Positions 49,604 through 62,643 of a stretch of 64,000 nucleotides of DNA are shown here, piece by piece. The stretch's first letter is position 1. Each line of letters starts with the position of its first letter. The notes beneath the pieces are model-generated. The model searched no databases. It saw nothing but the letters and a program-made list of their open reading frames with translations, and was not told the DNA's origin. Origin of the DNA: Reclinomonas americana ATCC 50394 (taxonomy: Eukaryota); the NCBI GenBank assembly GCA_048213135.1, contig PS015018.1, positions 1-64,000 on the forward strand. The letters are read 5' to 3'. The translations under genes were made by a program, and so were the position numbers.

Positions 49604-52600
49604 TTGTCTGACACACGCGGTGTGGGCGGCAAGGGGCAAGAGAGAGCAAGAGCTTTCTGGACACCAGCATACACAAAGTGAGCTGATATTGTTGACAAAA
49701 AGACAAGATCGCGCGTTGCTTCTGCTCACGCACCAAGCACGCCAATAAGTGGTGAGAAAGGCGAGACAGAGAGACAGAGAGAGGGTTGAATGAGAACAAT
49801 GAGAACCGAGAGTGGCAAGCATGATCAATTTTTTTGTTTTCTCTCCAACAGGCAGGCATGCACCAAGCGCACCAATAAGCAGCGGCACATGTAACAAGCA
49901 TGCAGCACCACACACAAGATGCTTGAGGGACGACGCGCGCGAGAGAGAGAGAGAAAAGAGGCAAAAAAGTTGTAGTATTCCCCTTGCGCCGGTATGACTG
50001 TGTGCACGTGGTGCGCTCTGCTCGCACACACAAAGAGCTTTCTGCATCACTGTCAACACAAAAAAAGAGGCAATAAAAAAAGGAAAACACAATGCACTTT
50101 CGCTGTGTGTGTATATAATGCGCGTGTGTTTGTGTGTGTGCAAGACAGGAGAGTGTGCGAGAATGTTCGAGTTCAGTGCACCAGTGTGACTGGAAATGCT
50201 GCAGAAGACTGAAAGAAAAGGAGTACTTATTTTTGTGTCTCACCTTCAACACACTCACATGTGGGTGAGAAGAAGCGACGTGCACATGACAGGTGGAGAG
50301 ACAGCGAGAGAGCGGGGGGGAATGTGAACAAGAATCAATCATTATTTTGTGGCAAGAGGGAAAACGGTCTCGTCCCTCTCTCTCTCTCTCTCCCCTTTCG
50401 TGTGTGTGTCTCTCTCGCCTGCTCGTGCATATGTGTGTCTCTCGGTATACAATACGTGAGGGATGTTCACCTGTGTTCCGCGTGCGTCCCCGTGTGCTCT
50501 TCGCTCCTGCGACAAAGAAAGAAAAACAACAACCAGTGTTGTGCTGGAAGGGCACTCCGGCTCCGTATCCCCGTATGGTAGGGATCCTGACAATTCGCCA
50601 TTGGCCGTTTTCGTACACACACGCGATGCCGTCTTTTCTCTCGCACACCCGCGCCATGACAGGCTCCGGTTCTCGTGCTTTCCCTCTTTTTGCGAGTATG
50701 GTCATTCCACACGTGGCGTGCACGCTACATCGTCATTGGAGGGCGCATTGGATTCCTTGCAATATGGTTGTTGGTGATACTGCAGCCTTCGGGCGCGTTG
50801 TGTTTGCTGCCTTTGGCGTGCCCCGCTTGCTCGGGATGTCCGGAAGAGGCGTGTCATACCACAGCAGAAGAAGAGCAGCTGCCCATCGATACTGCTACGG
50901 TCGCTCCGAGGTCGCATGTTGACTCGGCGAGCGATAACCAAACACGGCAACGTACATGTAACAAGAGCCCGCGCAGCACGCCTTCACTCACGCCCTTCAC
51001 TCTTCCAGCAGGCCACCGCCCCACACCGCTTCCTCCCCACCAAACCCCTCTCTGTCCCCCTTCCTCCGCTGCACAGACCCCCAGNNNNNNNNNNNNNNNN
51101 NNNNNNNNNNNNNNNNNNNNNNNNNNNNNNNNNNNNNNNNNNNNNNNNNNNNNNNNNNNNNNNNNNNNNNNNNNNNNNNNNNNNNNNNNNNNNNNNNNNN
51201 NNNNNNNNNNNNNNNNNNNNNNNNNNNNNNNNNNNNNNNNNNNNNNNNNNNNNNNNNNNNNNNNNNNNNNNNNNNNNNNNNNNNNNNNNNNNNNNNNNNN
51301 NNNNNNNNNNNNNNNNNNNNNNNNNNNNNNNNNNNNNNNNNNNNNNNNNNNNNNNNNNNNNNNNNNNNNNNNNNNNNNNNNNNNNNNNNNNNNNNNNNNN
51401 NNNNNNNNNNNNNNNNNNNNNNNNNNNNNNNNNNNNNNNNNNNNNNNNNNNNNNNNNNNNNNNNNNNNNNNNNNNNNNNNNNNNNNNNNNNNNNNNNNNN
51501 NNNNNNNNNNNNNNNNNNNNNNNNNNNNNNNNNNNNNNNNNNNNNNNNNNNNNNNNNNNNNNNNNNNNNNNGAAAACAGTCAGCGACTTACAGACAATCA
51601 ACAAAAGATACGGACGACGGATAGCGCTGTATCCTGCTTCCTTGATGCACACGTTCTATATGTGTGCAACAATCTCACTCACTTACTCACTAGCAGCACA
51701 AGCAAATGTCCCGATCAACGCACACTCTTCTTGAAGGCGCTTTTCCAAGAGTGGAAAAAGCTCCCAATCGACACCATTAAAAAAAGAGAGCACAAGAGAG
51801 ACACACACAATACATGGCAACGTACACAGGCATACACACACGCGCGCAGCTTCCCCCACGGAACACAGATGCCCAGAAAAGGAGCCTAGTAGATTGCTCG
51901 ACGCGCAGTATGCGAGAGAGAGGACGGCGCGGTGGAGAATGACCAGAAAAGGAGAAGTCGTCAAGCGAACCGAACACCGGCATTATTCGCATGCGCGCGC
52001 AAGAGACTTTCTGTGTTGTCCAGAAAGAAAGAAAAAGTGGGGGTGTCGCGACGCAGAATACAGAGTTTGACACGAAAATCAGGAGAGGGAGTATGGGCAT
52101 GTGCGGCGTGGAAACAGGGACGGAAAAAGAAGAAGAAGAACGGCAGAAAGAGTGCGTGTGTATTTGATGAGAATGGGAGGAAAAAAGAAACGACCGAAAG
52201 AGACCCAATAAAGTATCTCTTTTGCAACAGCCAACTGCAGCAAAAAAGCAATACGCGTTGCCGGCTCGGCGGCGGAAGGAGTAGGGTGGAAGAGAAGGAA
52301 AGAGAGAGCGGGTGCTCGGATACGACACGCGAGACACGCGAGCGGGGAGAAAATAAAGATGCTTGCATCAAACGACAAATCCCCGCAAGAGTGACGAGAA
52401 AAACAAGGCGACATACCCGCACACAAGCGTGGCAGAGACGCCGCCAGCGTGGAAACAGGGGAGACGAGCGAAAAGTAGTAGTGAAACCAGAGGCGGCAAC
52501 GGTGAAAAACAGGGAGAAAACACGTCCCACCACAAAACAACAACGGGGCACACACACAAGAAGAGGTGAGTAGGGCAGAGGAGTAGAGGGAGACGAGAGC

Positions 52601-53069
52601 ATCAGGGGTTGCATGCAAGCTGCAGGGGAGGAGATAGAGAGAAAAGGGCAACCAGCACGGAAACATGTCCCCCTACACAAAGAGAGAGAAGTACTCTTGC
52701 ATTGTAGCGCAGGGGTACGCGCAGCAAGACTAGCACACACAGCAGCAGCCGGAGGTCAAGAGAAGAGTTGACAGCAGGGAGAGAGAAAAAGAGAGACAGC
52801 GACTGTCATTTCCGCGTGTGCATATTCGACAAAAGCGAATGGTCGACGCATGCAGATATCGCAGCGAGAGAACATCGGCGAGATGAAGACGATAGAATAA
52901 CAACCCGTGCAGTGAGAAACACTCTCATCGAGGCACAAAGACACAGAGAGGCGAGCAAGCGAGGGAGAGGAATAATGATTGATCTTCACGCATGCGAGGA
53001 AACAGCCAGCAAGAATCATTAATGTCGTGAAGAGGAAACGTGTGCCGTGATGCTACATAGAGAAAGGGA

Positions 53070-53071
<2 letters not shown>

Positions 53072-53166
<95 letters not shown>

Positions 53167-53167
53167 G

Positions 53168-53200
<33 letters not shown>
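53072..53200. repeat. (GA)n microsatellite
   Basis: Long GA dinucleotide tract, resumed after the gap at 53894-53923. Confidence 0.9.
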
Positions 53201-53204
<4 letters not shown>

Positions 53205-53893
53205 GAGACGAGACGAGACGACGACGACGACGACGTACGTACGTAGTAGTAGTACGTAGTAGTAGTAGTANNNNNNNNNNNNNNNNNNNNNNNNNNNNNN
53301 NNNNNNNNNNNNNNNNNNNNNNNNNNNNNNNNNNNNNNNNNNNNNNNNNNNNNNNNNNNNNNNNNNNNNNNNNNNNNNNNNNNNNNNNNNNNNNNNNNNN
53401 NNNNNNNNNNNNNNNNNNNNNNNNNNNNNNNNNNNNNNNNNNNNNNNNNNNNNNNNNNNNNNNNNNNNNNNNNNNNNNNNNNNNNNNNNNNNNNNNNNNN
53501 NNNNNNNNNNNNNNNNNNNNNNNNNNNNNNNNNNNNNNNNNNNNNNNNNNNNNNNNNNNNNNNNNNNNNNNNNNNNNNNNNNNNNNNNNNNNNNNNNNNN
53601 NNNNNNNNNNNNNNNNNNNNNNNNNNNNNNNNNNNNNNNNNNNNNNNNNNNNNNNNNNNNNNNNNNNNNNNNNNNNNNNNNNNNNNNNNNNNNNNNNNNN
53701 NNNNNNNNNNNNNNNNNNNNNNNNNNNNNNNNNNNNNNNNNNNNNNNNNNNNNNNNNNNNNNNNNNNNNNNNNNNNNNNNNNNNNNNNNNNNNNNNNNNN
53801 NNNNNNNNNNNNNNNNNNNNNNNNNNNNNNNNNNNNNNNNNNNNNNNNNNNNNNNNNNNNNNNNNNNNNNNNNNNNNNNNNNNNNNNNNNNNN

Positions 53894-53928
<35 letters not shown>

Positions 53929-54549
53929 AGAAGAGGAGCGGACGTTCTGGCGAAGGAGACTGCTGTAACTGGAGCGAAGTCAGAGAGAGTGAGAAAAGAG
54001 ACCAGCACGATTAGATCGCAGCACAAGTGGCAATGTTTTGGCGAAAGCAGAGGGTAGTGTGAACATCGAGGGTGGGGGAAAAGAGAGCATGCATCTGGCA
54101 ATGCGCGGATGCGATGTCACGACAATGGCATACGAGAACAGTGGAGTAGTACCGCAGCAGTTCAAGAACAAGCAGCAAAGGTGAGACGTGGGTACAGAAG
54201 TGATGCGACGAAGGGAGCGCATAGAAGCGCACGTACAGAAGCACTGGTAATGGTGAGGCAGGATCCTGAAGGCACAACGAGCAGACCAAGACAGCACAGA
54301 CTCGAGCACAGCGACAGAAGACAACGCACGATGGTAACGAGAGAACGACGCACACTTCGCACGATTTCACAAACACCGGGGAGATTCGCACAGGAAGAAG
54401 AGCTTCAAAGGAAACCAGGGCAGATTTAAGTGCGTACGAGAATTACAAAGCAGTGAAACAAGAACACGCCATCAAACGACTGCGCAGCAGCGGCGATCAC
54501 GTGAACGACAGTGGGACAGCACGAGCTGCGAGCGAGATGAGGCAACACA

Positions 54550-55245
54550 CACAGGGACACGAGAGAAGGAAGGCAGGTGAGAAGCTGACAGCGAGCAGCC
54601 ACAAACGACATTAAACAAGAATGCAAGCACACACAATATTCGACACGAGAGAGCAGGAAGTCTGCGACAACCATCGGTGCAGATGACAAGAGATGGAAAC
54701 GAAGCAAGAGCACAGTCACGAGGACAAGACGATACGAGCGAGCAGTTGGCTCCGTGACTGCAGACAGTCGAGCATCGGAACGAATACGCATGAAACGCAG
54801 GCACACGAGAGAGCAGGTAGTTGGTGACAGACAGCGAGCGAGCACACTCGAGCAACGAGCGAAGCGAGAATGCATTCTAGAAAACGACACGAGAGAGCAG
54901 ATGGACAGTGACAGCACAAGCAACGAATGCACAACGATGAGGAAACAGACTGTTGTTGAGAGCACGTGGTATAGCGAGTGACGAGAGAGGCAAGCGAACA
55001 GCGACACGAGGGAGCGCAGTCGGCGACAGACAGCGAGTCACACAGATAACAAGGAACGATCAAAGAACGCAACCACGAAGCCACACACGACGACAGAAGA
55101 GAGCAGCTAGCTGCTGAGGACGGCGATTGTGCAGCACAGGCAACGAATACAAAGCGATGAGGAAACAGTACTTGACGCGAGCAGATCGTGTCAATTCCAA
55201 GTGACGAAGTGAAGCCAGCGAACAGCAACACGAGAGAGCGCATCG
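54550..55245. repeat. degenerate non-coding repeats
   Basis: Two related ~110-nt blocks (about 54910-55018 and 55130-55243: cagcaca.gcaacgaat.ca..gcgatgaggaaacag...agtgacga...gcgaacagc.acacgag.gagcgca). The motif acacgagagag recurs near 54557, 54643, 54803, 54887 and 55228. Confidence 0.55.
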
Positions 55246-55439
55246 TCGATGAAGGGAGCAAAAGTAACGAATGCACAACAATAGAAAAGACGGGCTATTG
55301 ATGAGAGAGCACAAGAGTCGAGCACGTCGATGGGTAGGTCGCGATGGATTACAAAGAAGCAGCGAACACACTGACACACACATCTCCACACGGGCGATCG
55401 AGAACTCTCCACGCTGCTACGCACGCTGCGCCTGTCGAC

Positions 55440-55473
<34 letters not shown>

Positions 55474-55533
55474 ATCATCCTGTTCTCTGCCTTCTCAATC
55501 TCCTTCTCCTTCTCCTTGCTGCCGACAACGAAA

Positions 55534-56211
55534 CTTGCGACGAATGGCACGAGTGCGCTTCACACGGAGATCCAACGGCAGCTGGCTCTTGCCGGCAAAC
55601 GCCTTGCGTGTGTTGCTGCGGCGCTTGGCATTCAACACCGTCAACACGCGAGCAATGTTCTTGCGCACAGACGAGCTGCGATACACAAAACACACAAAGT
55701 CAACAACACTGCTCCATCGCCCGTCCTCCTCCTCCTGCTGCTGCTGCTGGCACGCAACATCTTGCCGAGCTTGGAGGCACCACCGCTGGTCACTTGCGCG
55801 ACGCGCAGTTGTGCGAGCTCCTGCTTGAGCTCGGAAAGCTGGCGCTGCAGCTCCTCAGGTGACTTCTCGCGGAGCGAGTACGCAGAGATCTTGGCTGTGT
55901 GCGTGCGTGTGCGTGTGTGAGTGACATGACATGTGCGCGCGCGAGTCATGGCCAACAACAACAACAATCGCAGCAGAAGCAGAAGCACACAAAGGACGAG
56001 TCCTCTCTTTGCTCTCTCACTGTGTGCACGCGATGCGCGGGACCACACCACACTCGTACGTGAGCGTGCGTGCGTGTGGGCGCACATGCATGCACATCAG
56101 ACGCACTCTCTCTCTCTCTCTCTCAAGCCTGCCCTGCCCCAATCCGTCTCTGTTTTTTTCGTTCACACGCAGCACGATGCTCCCTGTCCCTGTGTACCCT
56201 ACGCAACTCAT
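55534..56211 (-). CDS. RPL35: 60S ribosomal protein L35 (uL29); final exon not visible
   Basis: ATG-A|intron 55895-56207|[47 protein letters not shown]|intron 55676-55758|[19 protein letters not shown]...[16 protein letters not shown]. The expected C-terminal ~25-30 aa was not found. Confidence 0.92.
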
Positions 56212-56552
56212 GATGATGTGGTGGCTCAGGGGGCGAGGCGCGATTGGTGAGTGTGGACTCGGTCCGTCCACTGGCACAGACCGTCGAATCCGTAACGTGT
56301 GTTTCGTATCTCGAGCTATCATGTTTTCCAGGCTGGGGCGTCTCTTGTTGCGTCCATCTTTGTATATTGTGAAAGAGAGACAGAGAGAGCGGGCTGAGCA
56401 GAGTTGAAGTGTGTGTGTGTCGTTGGGTGGAAATGGACGGCGTTCGTGTCCTCCTTTCTCTCGAGTGTCTGCGTGCGTGTGTGTTTCTCTCACGCGTGCT
56501 GGTGTGTCTCCCTCTGTATGTGGGTGGCACACNNNNNNNNNNNNNNNNNNNN

Positions 56553-57231
56553 ACGGAAGAGTCTCTTGAAGATCTTCTTGACGATCGACAAGAAGTCGCG
56601 TGGGAATGGTTGATCTGCCCACAAAGAGTCAGTCACTTGCAGCGTGAGTATGGATGACGAACAGCTGCTCCCTGCCCTCTCTCTGCTCGTGAGTGCACGT
56701 GTGCTCACCTGGCTTGGAGGGGAAGATGGTTTCTTGTGACACCGTGTCGCCAATCCATTGCATCAGCAGCTCGACATACTCCGGTGCCGACACCTTTACC
56801 GGCTTCTTCACCTTGTCGCCATCCGCCCACAAGTACTCGTACTGCAAAACAACAACAACAACAACAACTGTGAGGGGGGAGGGAAAAAACACCCCCCACA
56901 CACGCTGCTGAGTGAACTGCACCTTGGGACCGGCATTCATCGTCGGGCACGTGGTCTCATCGCAAAACTCAGTGATGCTTCCGTACAACAAGTTGGTCGT
57001 GTTGTAAAAGTCAATGGCTGCGCCAAAACGGAACGGATGGAGAGAGGAGGAAGTGAGCACAGGAGAGCAAGGAGAGTGTTCTTTGCGAGGATTGACGAAT
57101 TGTGAGCTCAACTGTTGACTGCCAACCACTCATTCAGTTCCTCTCCGGGTGGAAGCACCACAGCCGCTCGCAAGTCACCGCTGCCGAGGGTGGCCTTGGC
57201 CAGCTTGTGCAATGAGAACTGCTTGGTGCCC
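56553..57231 (-). CDS. MOB1: MOB kinase activator 1, central exons (first exon missing, probably in a gap)
   Basis: [98 protein letters not shown]...[18 protein letters not shown]. Confidence 0.95.
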
Positions 57232-58159
57232 TGTGTGTGTGTGTGGAGAGATGATTGAGTGAGAGTGATCAAACCGTCGAAATACACAGAGAGAGAGAGT
57301 CNNNNNNNNNNNNNNNNNNNNNNNNNNNNNNNNNNNNNNNNNNNNNNNNNNNNNNNNNNNNNNNNNNNNNNNNNNNNNNNNNNNNNNNNNNNNNNNNNNN
57401 NNNNNNNNNNNNNNNNNNNNNNNNNNNNNNNNNNNNNNNNNNNNNNNNNNNNNNNNNNNNNNNNNNNNNNNNNNNNNNNNNNNNNNNNNNNNNNNNNNNN
57501 NNNNNNNNNNNNNNNNNNNNNNNNNNNNNNNNNNNNNNNNNNNNNNNNNNNNNNNNNNNNNNNNNNNNNNNNNNNNNNNNNNNNNNNNCGAAACTCGAAT
57601 CGAGGGCGCCGGCACAAACAGCTTGCGTCTGTGCGTGAAAAGAGGGCCCGATCAATTTGTGAGGGACCTGCTGCTCATCGACACACACACGCGTGCTATC
57701 GCGCACTCTTCCTCTCTCTCTCTCATGTGCGCGTTGTTGAAGCAACTCACCGCGATGGCGACGTGCTGTCGGTCATTTTTCCTCGTCACCAACTCACTCT
57801 CTCTCACTCACACACACGATCGCTCCCTCTCACTCGCTCTCGCACACACACTGTCACAGTTGGCGATGTGGATACGAAGGAGTTGTTGTGATGCTGCTCT
57901 TCTCAACTCAAGCAACAAGGGACAGGACTTCTTTGATCGACACTGTACACTCGTTGTTCGCTTTTTTTGTTTTTCGCGTGTTTTTCTTCGCGACCCGCAC
58001 AGACGCGACACACACACACGCACATGCAAAGAGGGTGCGTGGAAGCGTTGCGCACTAATACATACCAACCACACATAAGACACAAACACAGAAGGACACA
58101 ACACAACTTGAAGGGCTTCCACGCCGACCAAGTCCACACACACACAGACAGTCACGCGC

Positions 58160-58472
58160 TCAAGAGAACAACGAGTTGATCAGGTCCTCCAGCGGTGCGA
58201 GTTCCTTTCGATCAATCAGATCGAACTCAAACACTGTGTACGCGCGCGCAAGTCAGCAGCAAGGAGAGGAGGATGGAGAGAAAGAGGAGGCTGGTGACGC
58301 ACCAAACCACATGAAGTGCTTGAACGCCGTGTTCAAGTGTGCTTCTTCGCCGAGTTTTTGGATCTTGGCAAAGTGGCAGTAGTAAATGTGCGCTGCGCGA
58401 GAGTGATGGAGTGAGGCGGGGACGGAAGGCAGGAGGCAGGCCGCGAATTTGCATCAGCGGCTCACCGTACAC
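58160..58472 (-). CDS. MOB1: MOB1 C-terminal exons on a misplaced contig
   Basis: VYAHIYYCHFAKIQKLGEEAHLNTAFKHFMWFVFEFDLIDRKELAPLEDLINSLFS*. It continues KRLFR (ending at 56553) with no missing base. Confidence 0.92.
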
Positions 58473-58963
58473 NNNNNNNNNNNNNNNNNNNNNNNNNNNN
58501 NNNNNNNNNNNNNNNNNNNNNNNNNNNNNNNNNNNNNNNNNNNNNNNNNNNNNNNNNNNNNNNNNNNNNNNNNNNNNNNNNNNNNNNNNNNNNNNNNNNN
58601 NNNNNNNNNNNNNNNNNNNNNNNNNNNNNNNNNNNNNNNNNNNNNNNNNNNNNNNNNNNNNNNNNNNNNNNNNNNNNNNNNNNNNNNNNNNNNNNNNNNN
58701 NNNNNNNNNNNNNNNNNNNNNNNNNNNNNNNNNNNNNNNNNNNNNNNNNNNNNNNNNNNNNNNNNNNNNNNNNNNNNNNNNNNNNNNNNNNNNNNNNNNN
58801 NNNNNNNNNNNNNNNNNNNNNNNNNNNNNNNNNNNNNNNNNNNNNNNNNNNNNNNNNNNNNNNNNNNNNNNNNNNNNNNNNNNNNNNNNNNNNTTCCCAC
58901 TCTCACACACACTTTCCTTGGCAGCAACGCGTGGCACTCACACACTCTGTCAACCCCCCGCAG

Positions 58964-60869
58964 ATGCGCCCGATTCAATACCTGACCGAGGATCACAAGG
59001 TCCGCGTTCGAGAAATCCGCTCCATGACCTGGCTGCAGCACACTCGCGATGAGGTTGGTCGCGTTCTTTGTGTAGTGGAGAATGCCAACATCGTACTGTG
59101 TCTGTAGAAGCGATGGGGAAGATTTCATTCTCCTTCGTTGATCGTTGTCTCTCTCTCTGTCGCCAGATCTACGACGGTGCCTACGAGCTGCTTCTCGATT
59201 CGCCGCACATGCCACCGACGGTGCGCGTGGCCGACGTCATTTACGAGGTGCTCATGCGACGGCATGTGCACAAGAGCGTGGCGGATTTGGTGCGCTCGAG
59301 CTTGAGTGGCACACGCAGTTTTCCGTGGGGGGCTGACGCGGTGATTTCTCCTTGCGTTGCAGGTGTGGTACGACATTGCGCAGGCGATTCGTCGCCGTGC
59401 CGTGGGCGAGGATCGATCGCTGCGCCAGCTTTATCGCTTTCTGCGGAATGTGAACACGGTGCCGGAGTTCATGTGCTACGCCTACGTGCGGGCGCTCACG
59501 GCGGCCAAGCTCGGTGCGCGAGACATTCAGTTGGCTGTGCCTGGTATCGATGTTGCGTGCCGTGCAATGCACGCCCACTCTCTTTTTCCTCCCGTCCCAT
59601 CTCATTGTGCGCGCAGTCCTCGTCGAGGAGAGTCGTGCACTTTGATCTGCCACTGGAGCTCGACGTGCACGACGTGACGGAGCAGCTGTTGCCGACACTG
59701 CGACTACTGCCCGGCCTAATTCCCGAGACCGCTGTGCAGCGCATTACCGCCTTTGTTGCGGAGAAGCAGCAGGCGCATGCGCACTTGGGAGCGCCGAGCA
59801 CCGTTGCTGCGCACGATCTGCTGCAGCTGGTGCTGGAGCACGCCGACTACGACGCCATGTTTGCTGGCTCGGCGGCCGGTCTGCAGGACGCGGCACATGA
59901 CTTGGTGTTGACCGGTTCGTTGTTGTCGCCACGGCATGTGCGGCGGTCGCATGTCGCCGGCGAGGAGTACGGCAGTGATCATCCGTCGTCGTTGCTGTCG
60001 GGCTCCTACGGCACCTCCGCGAAGCTGTCGCCGCCTGCGCCGCTGTCGTTTAGCTCGTTCCAACAGCCGTCGCCACGGTTGCATCAGCAACGGCAGGTGG
60101 ACTTTGACGACGGCGACGGTGGTACATTCGGCGAGTCTGCCGACGACGAGTACAATGTCGACAGTGACGACGATGATTACGATGGGGTGGAGGACGACAG
60201 CGGCGACGACGACGACGGTGACATGCAGCCAACTCGCACCATGCTGCCCATGTTTCCGGTGTGTGTGTGTGTTTTTTCGAGTGCCACCACTTGTTACTCT
60301 GTGTGGTATCCAGCACTCACCTCCCTCCTCCTCGCGCAGGATCACGACAAGATCACGCAAGATCTCTTTCGTGAACTCGAGTCGATTGTGGGACCCGGTC
60401 GCTTGACAGCACTTTCGACCGCGCGTGGCTCGTCGACCTCACCAGGCAGCAGGTGCGTGTTGCTTGTGCGCTCGTGTCGTTGTACTTGGCTAGTTGAGTA
60501 TAACATTGTGCTGTTGCCAATGTGCAGCGTGCCGGTGCGACCGAAACCGCAGTCTGTTGCGGGCGGCCTCAGTCGTGAGTGTCTACGTCAGCAGCATGCA
60601 CTGGTGTAATATTTCTCTTCTCACTATCATCGATGTGTGTGCGCGTGCGTCACAGCCGGAAGATCAAGTGGGGCCACGCGTGCTGGATCGGATGGGGTGA
60701 GTAGATCAAATATCCGTTCTCTCGCGCCTCGCTCTCACCACTCGCCGCACAGCCTGTGATGATTGACATTTCCGCCCCTCCGCGGAATGAGTTGGCGGAG
60801 CGTGAGCAGTTTCTGCGGCAGGTGGAAACAGCGGCCGACGAACTCACCCGACGCGAATCAGAACGCGTG

Positions 60870-60905
<36 letters not shown>

Positions 60906-61945
60906 TTGGCGGTGCCGACGTTGCAAAAGACACCGGTTCGCTACTCTCACGTCTCTCGTGGAGAATTTTCGCATCTCATTGATACTCTCGTAGGATGGCG
61001 ATGCGACAAGAGGCGGCGGCGGTGGCGGCGGCGCGGGTGATGGTGGTGGCGGCAATAGTGGACCGACCTCGCTCGAGTCATCGTTTGCCAGCCTCGGTGA
61101 CGAACCGAGTCGCGAGTGGTCGTCGGTGGACGAGTCATTACTCGGCGGGGCAACTGCAGACGGCGGTGACGATGCCGGTCCGCTGCACTTTGACTCTGAT
61201 CTGTCGGCTCTCCGACACACCTTCCAGCCGCTCAGCTCAGCTGGCGATAGTGGTGCCGGTGGCAGTGGTGGGTGGATGGAGAGAACGTGGGTGTGTCTTG
61301 TTGTGGTGATACGTGTGTGCTCATTACCTACCGTACGCAGCTCCCACGTCATCGTTCCTCGAGCTGCCTGTCCCCGTATCGCAATCTCGAGAGTCGCCGC
61401 GATCGTCGGCATCGTCCACGCCGTCGGCAGCTCGCATGCAGTCCATTCTCGAGGAGTACGATCGACTGAATGCCGAACGCAGCACACGTCGTCTCTCGTC
61501 GGAACCTGTACCGCCGGCACGAAAGCACCCAGTTCTGCAGCCTATTGTTATGGAGACGGCAGCCTTGGTGGACTCGGCCACGTCGCCGGTGGAGCACCCG
61601 TCGTCCACTGGCTCCGACACCAGACCATCGCGATCGACCGCCAGCGGCGGAGTGGTCAACAGCGGCACGCAACCGAGTGACGACGATGGAGACGACGAAC
61701 GAGAGGAGGGCGACGGCGGCGACGATGACGATGACGATGACGACGACGACGAGGGCGGCGACTTTGACAGCTACAGTTCCGAAGACGAGGAACTCACCGA
61801 GGCCGATTTGCTGGCGATTCTCGAAGACGCCAAGTGGAAAGCCGAAATCGCCACGCTGGTCACCGAGGCTCGTGCCGAGTTTGAGCTGGAGCAAGACAGT
61901 GATCGCTTCGTGCGCCGGTACAGCTCGCAGTTCCCGTTGCAGTGA
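58964..61945 (+). CDS. hypothetical multi-exon protein with helical N-terminal region, Asp-rich tracts and poly-Q (5' end possibly in the gap)
   Basis: Spliceable exons MRPIQYLTEDHKVRVREIRSMTWLQHTRDE|IYDGAYELL...SVADL|VWYDIAQAIRRR...LYRFLRN through ...FVRRYSSQFPLQ*, with coding-like composition. No family recognised with confidence. Confidence 0.55.
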
Positions 61946-62000
61946 AACCATGCAAGTCAATTTTCCCGCCAGCATTTTGTTCTGCATCGCAAACCACCCC

Positions 62001-62343
62001 ATGAGAGGAGCACAGACTCTCATCGGCGTCGTCGTCCTCGTCGGCACACTATGTGTGCTTGCCTCACGCGCCACCGCGCTGCTCGGGGGTAAGAGCGTCG
62101 CAGCACATGAGCGTGACAGTGGGAGTTTGTGCACACTCACCTCTCTCTCTCTCTCGCAGGAGGCTTCGGCGGTGGCTCTCTCTTCTCTGGAGGCTCTCTG
62201 ACGCTGCAGTATCAGCCACACTCGTTCCCCATTGCCGTGATCGCATACAACAGACCCGACTATCTGCGACGCACACTCGAGTCGCTGTTGAAGGCAGACG
62301 GTGTCGACGCCACACAGATTGTCATCTATCAGGCACGGATGTC

Positions 62344-62415
<72 letters not shown>

Positions 62416-62551
62416 AGTAGTAGTAGTAGTAGTAGTGTGTGTGTGTGTGTCGACGACGGTACGGTACCGGTACGTACGTAGTAGGTACGGGTACGACGAC
62501 GACGCGTCGACGTACGTCGTCGACGTACTTCNNNNNNNNNNNNNNNNNNNN

Positions 62552-62643
<92 letters not shown>

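Noticed and set aside
49185-50723. 512-aa minus-strand ORF
   Set aside because: Only the last part (from MDQQPSG) looks coding. The upstream portion is Cys/Ser/Leu/His-rich translation of CT/CA-rich non-coding DNA.
50560-51084. Possible small membrane protein ORF on +
   Set aside because: No recognisable motif, start context or splice structure, so it cannot be supported.
53163-53270. gacgacgtacgtacgtagtagtagta patterned sequence (also 62417-62531 and 9478-9490)
   Set aside because: It follows the T-A-C-G cycle, occurs after microsatellites and just before gaps, which is typical of pyrosequencing read-end noise rather than a biological repeat.
55895-56207. snoRNA in the 313-nt first RPL35 intron
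   Set aside because: No convincing C/D or H/ACA box pair seen by eye; a covariance search would be needed.
38139-57112. Stop-codon readthrough or alternative genetic code at TGA after ...TLAS, ...LTES and ...AVNS
   Set aside because: Each TGA lies inside a GTTGAG donor, and splicing restores the frame under the standard code.
1586-58472. Ciliate-like scrambled genes as an explanation for the inverted and reordered exons
   Set aside because: Every breakpoint coincides with an N-gap and no pointer repeats are visible; mis-scaffolding is simpler.
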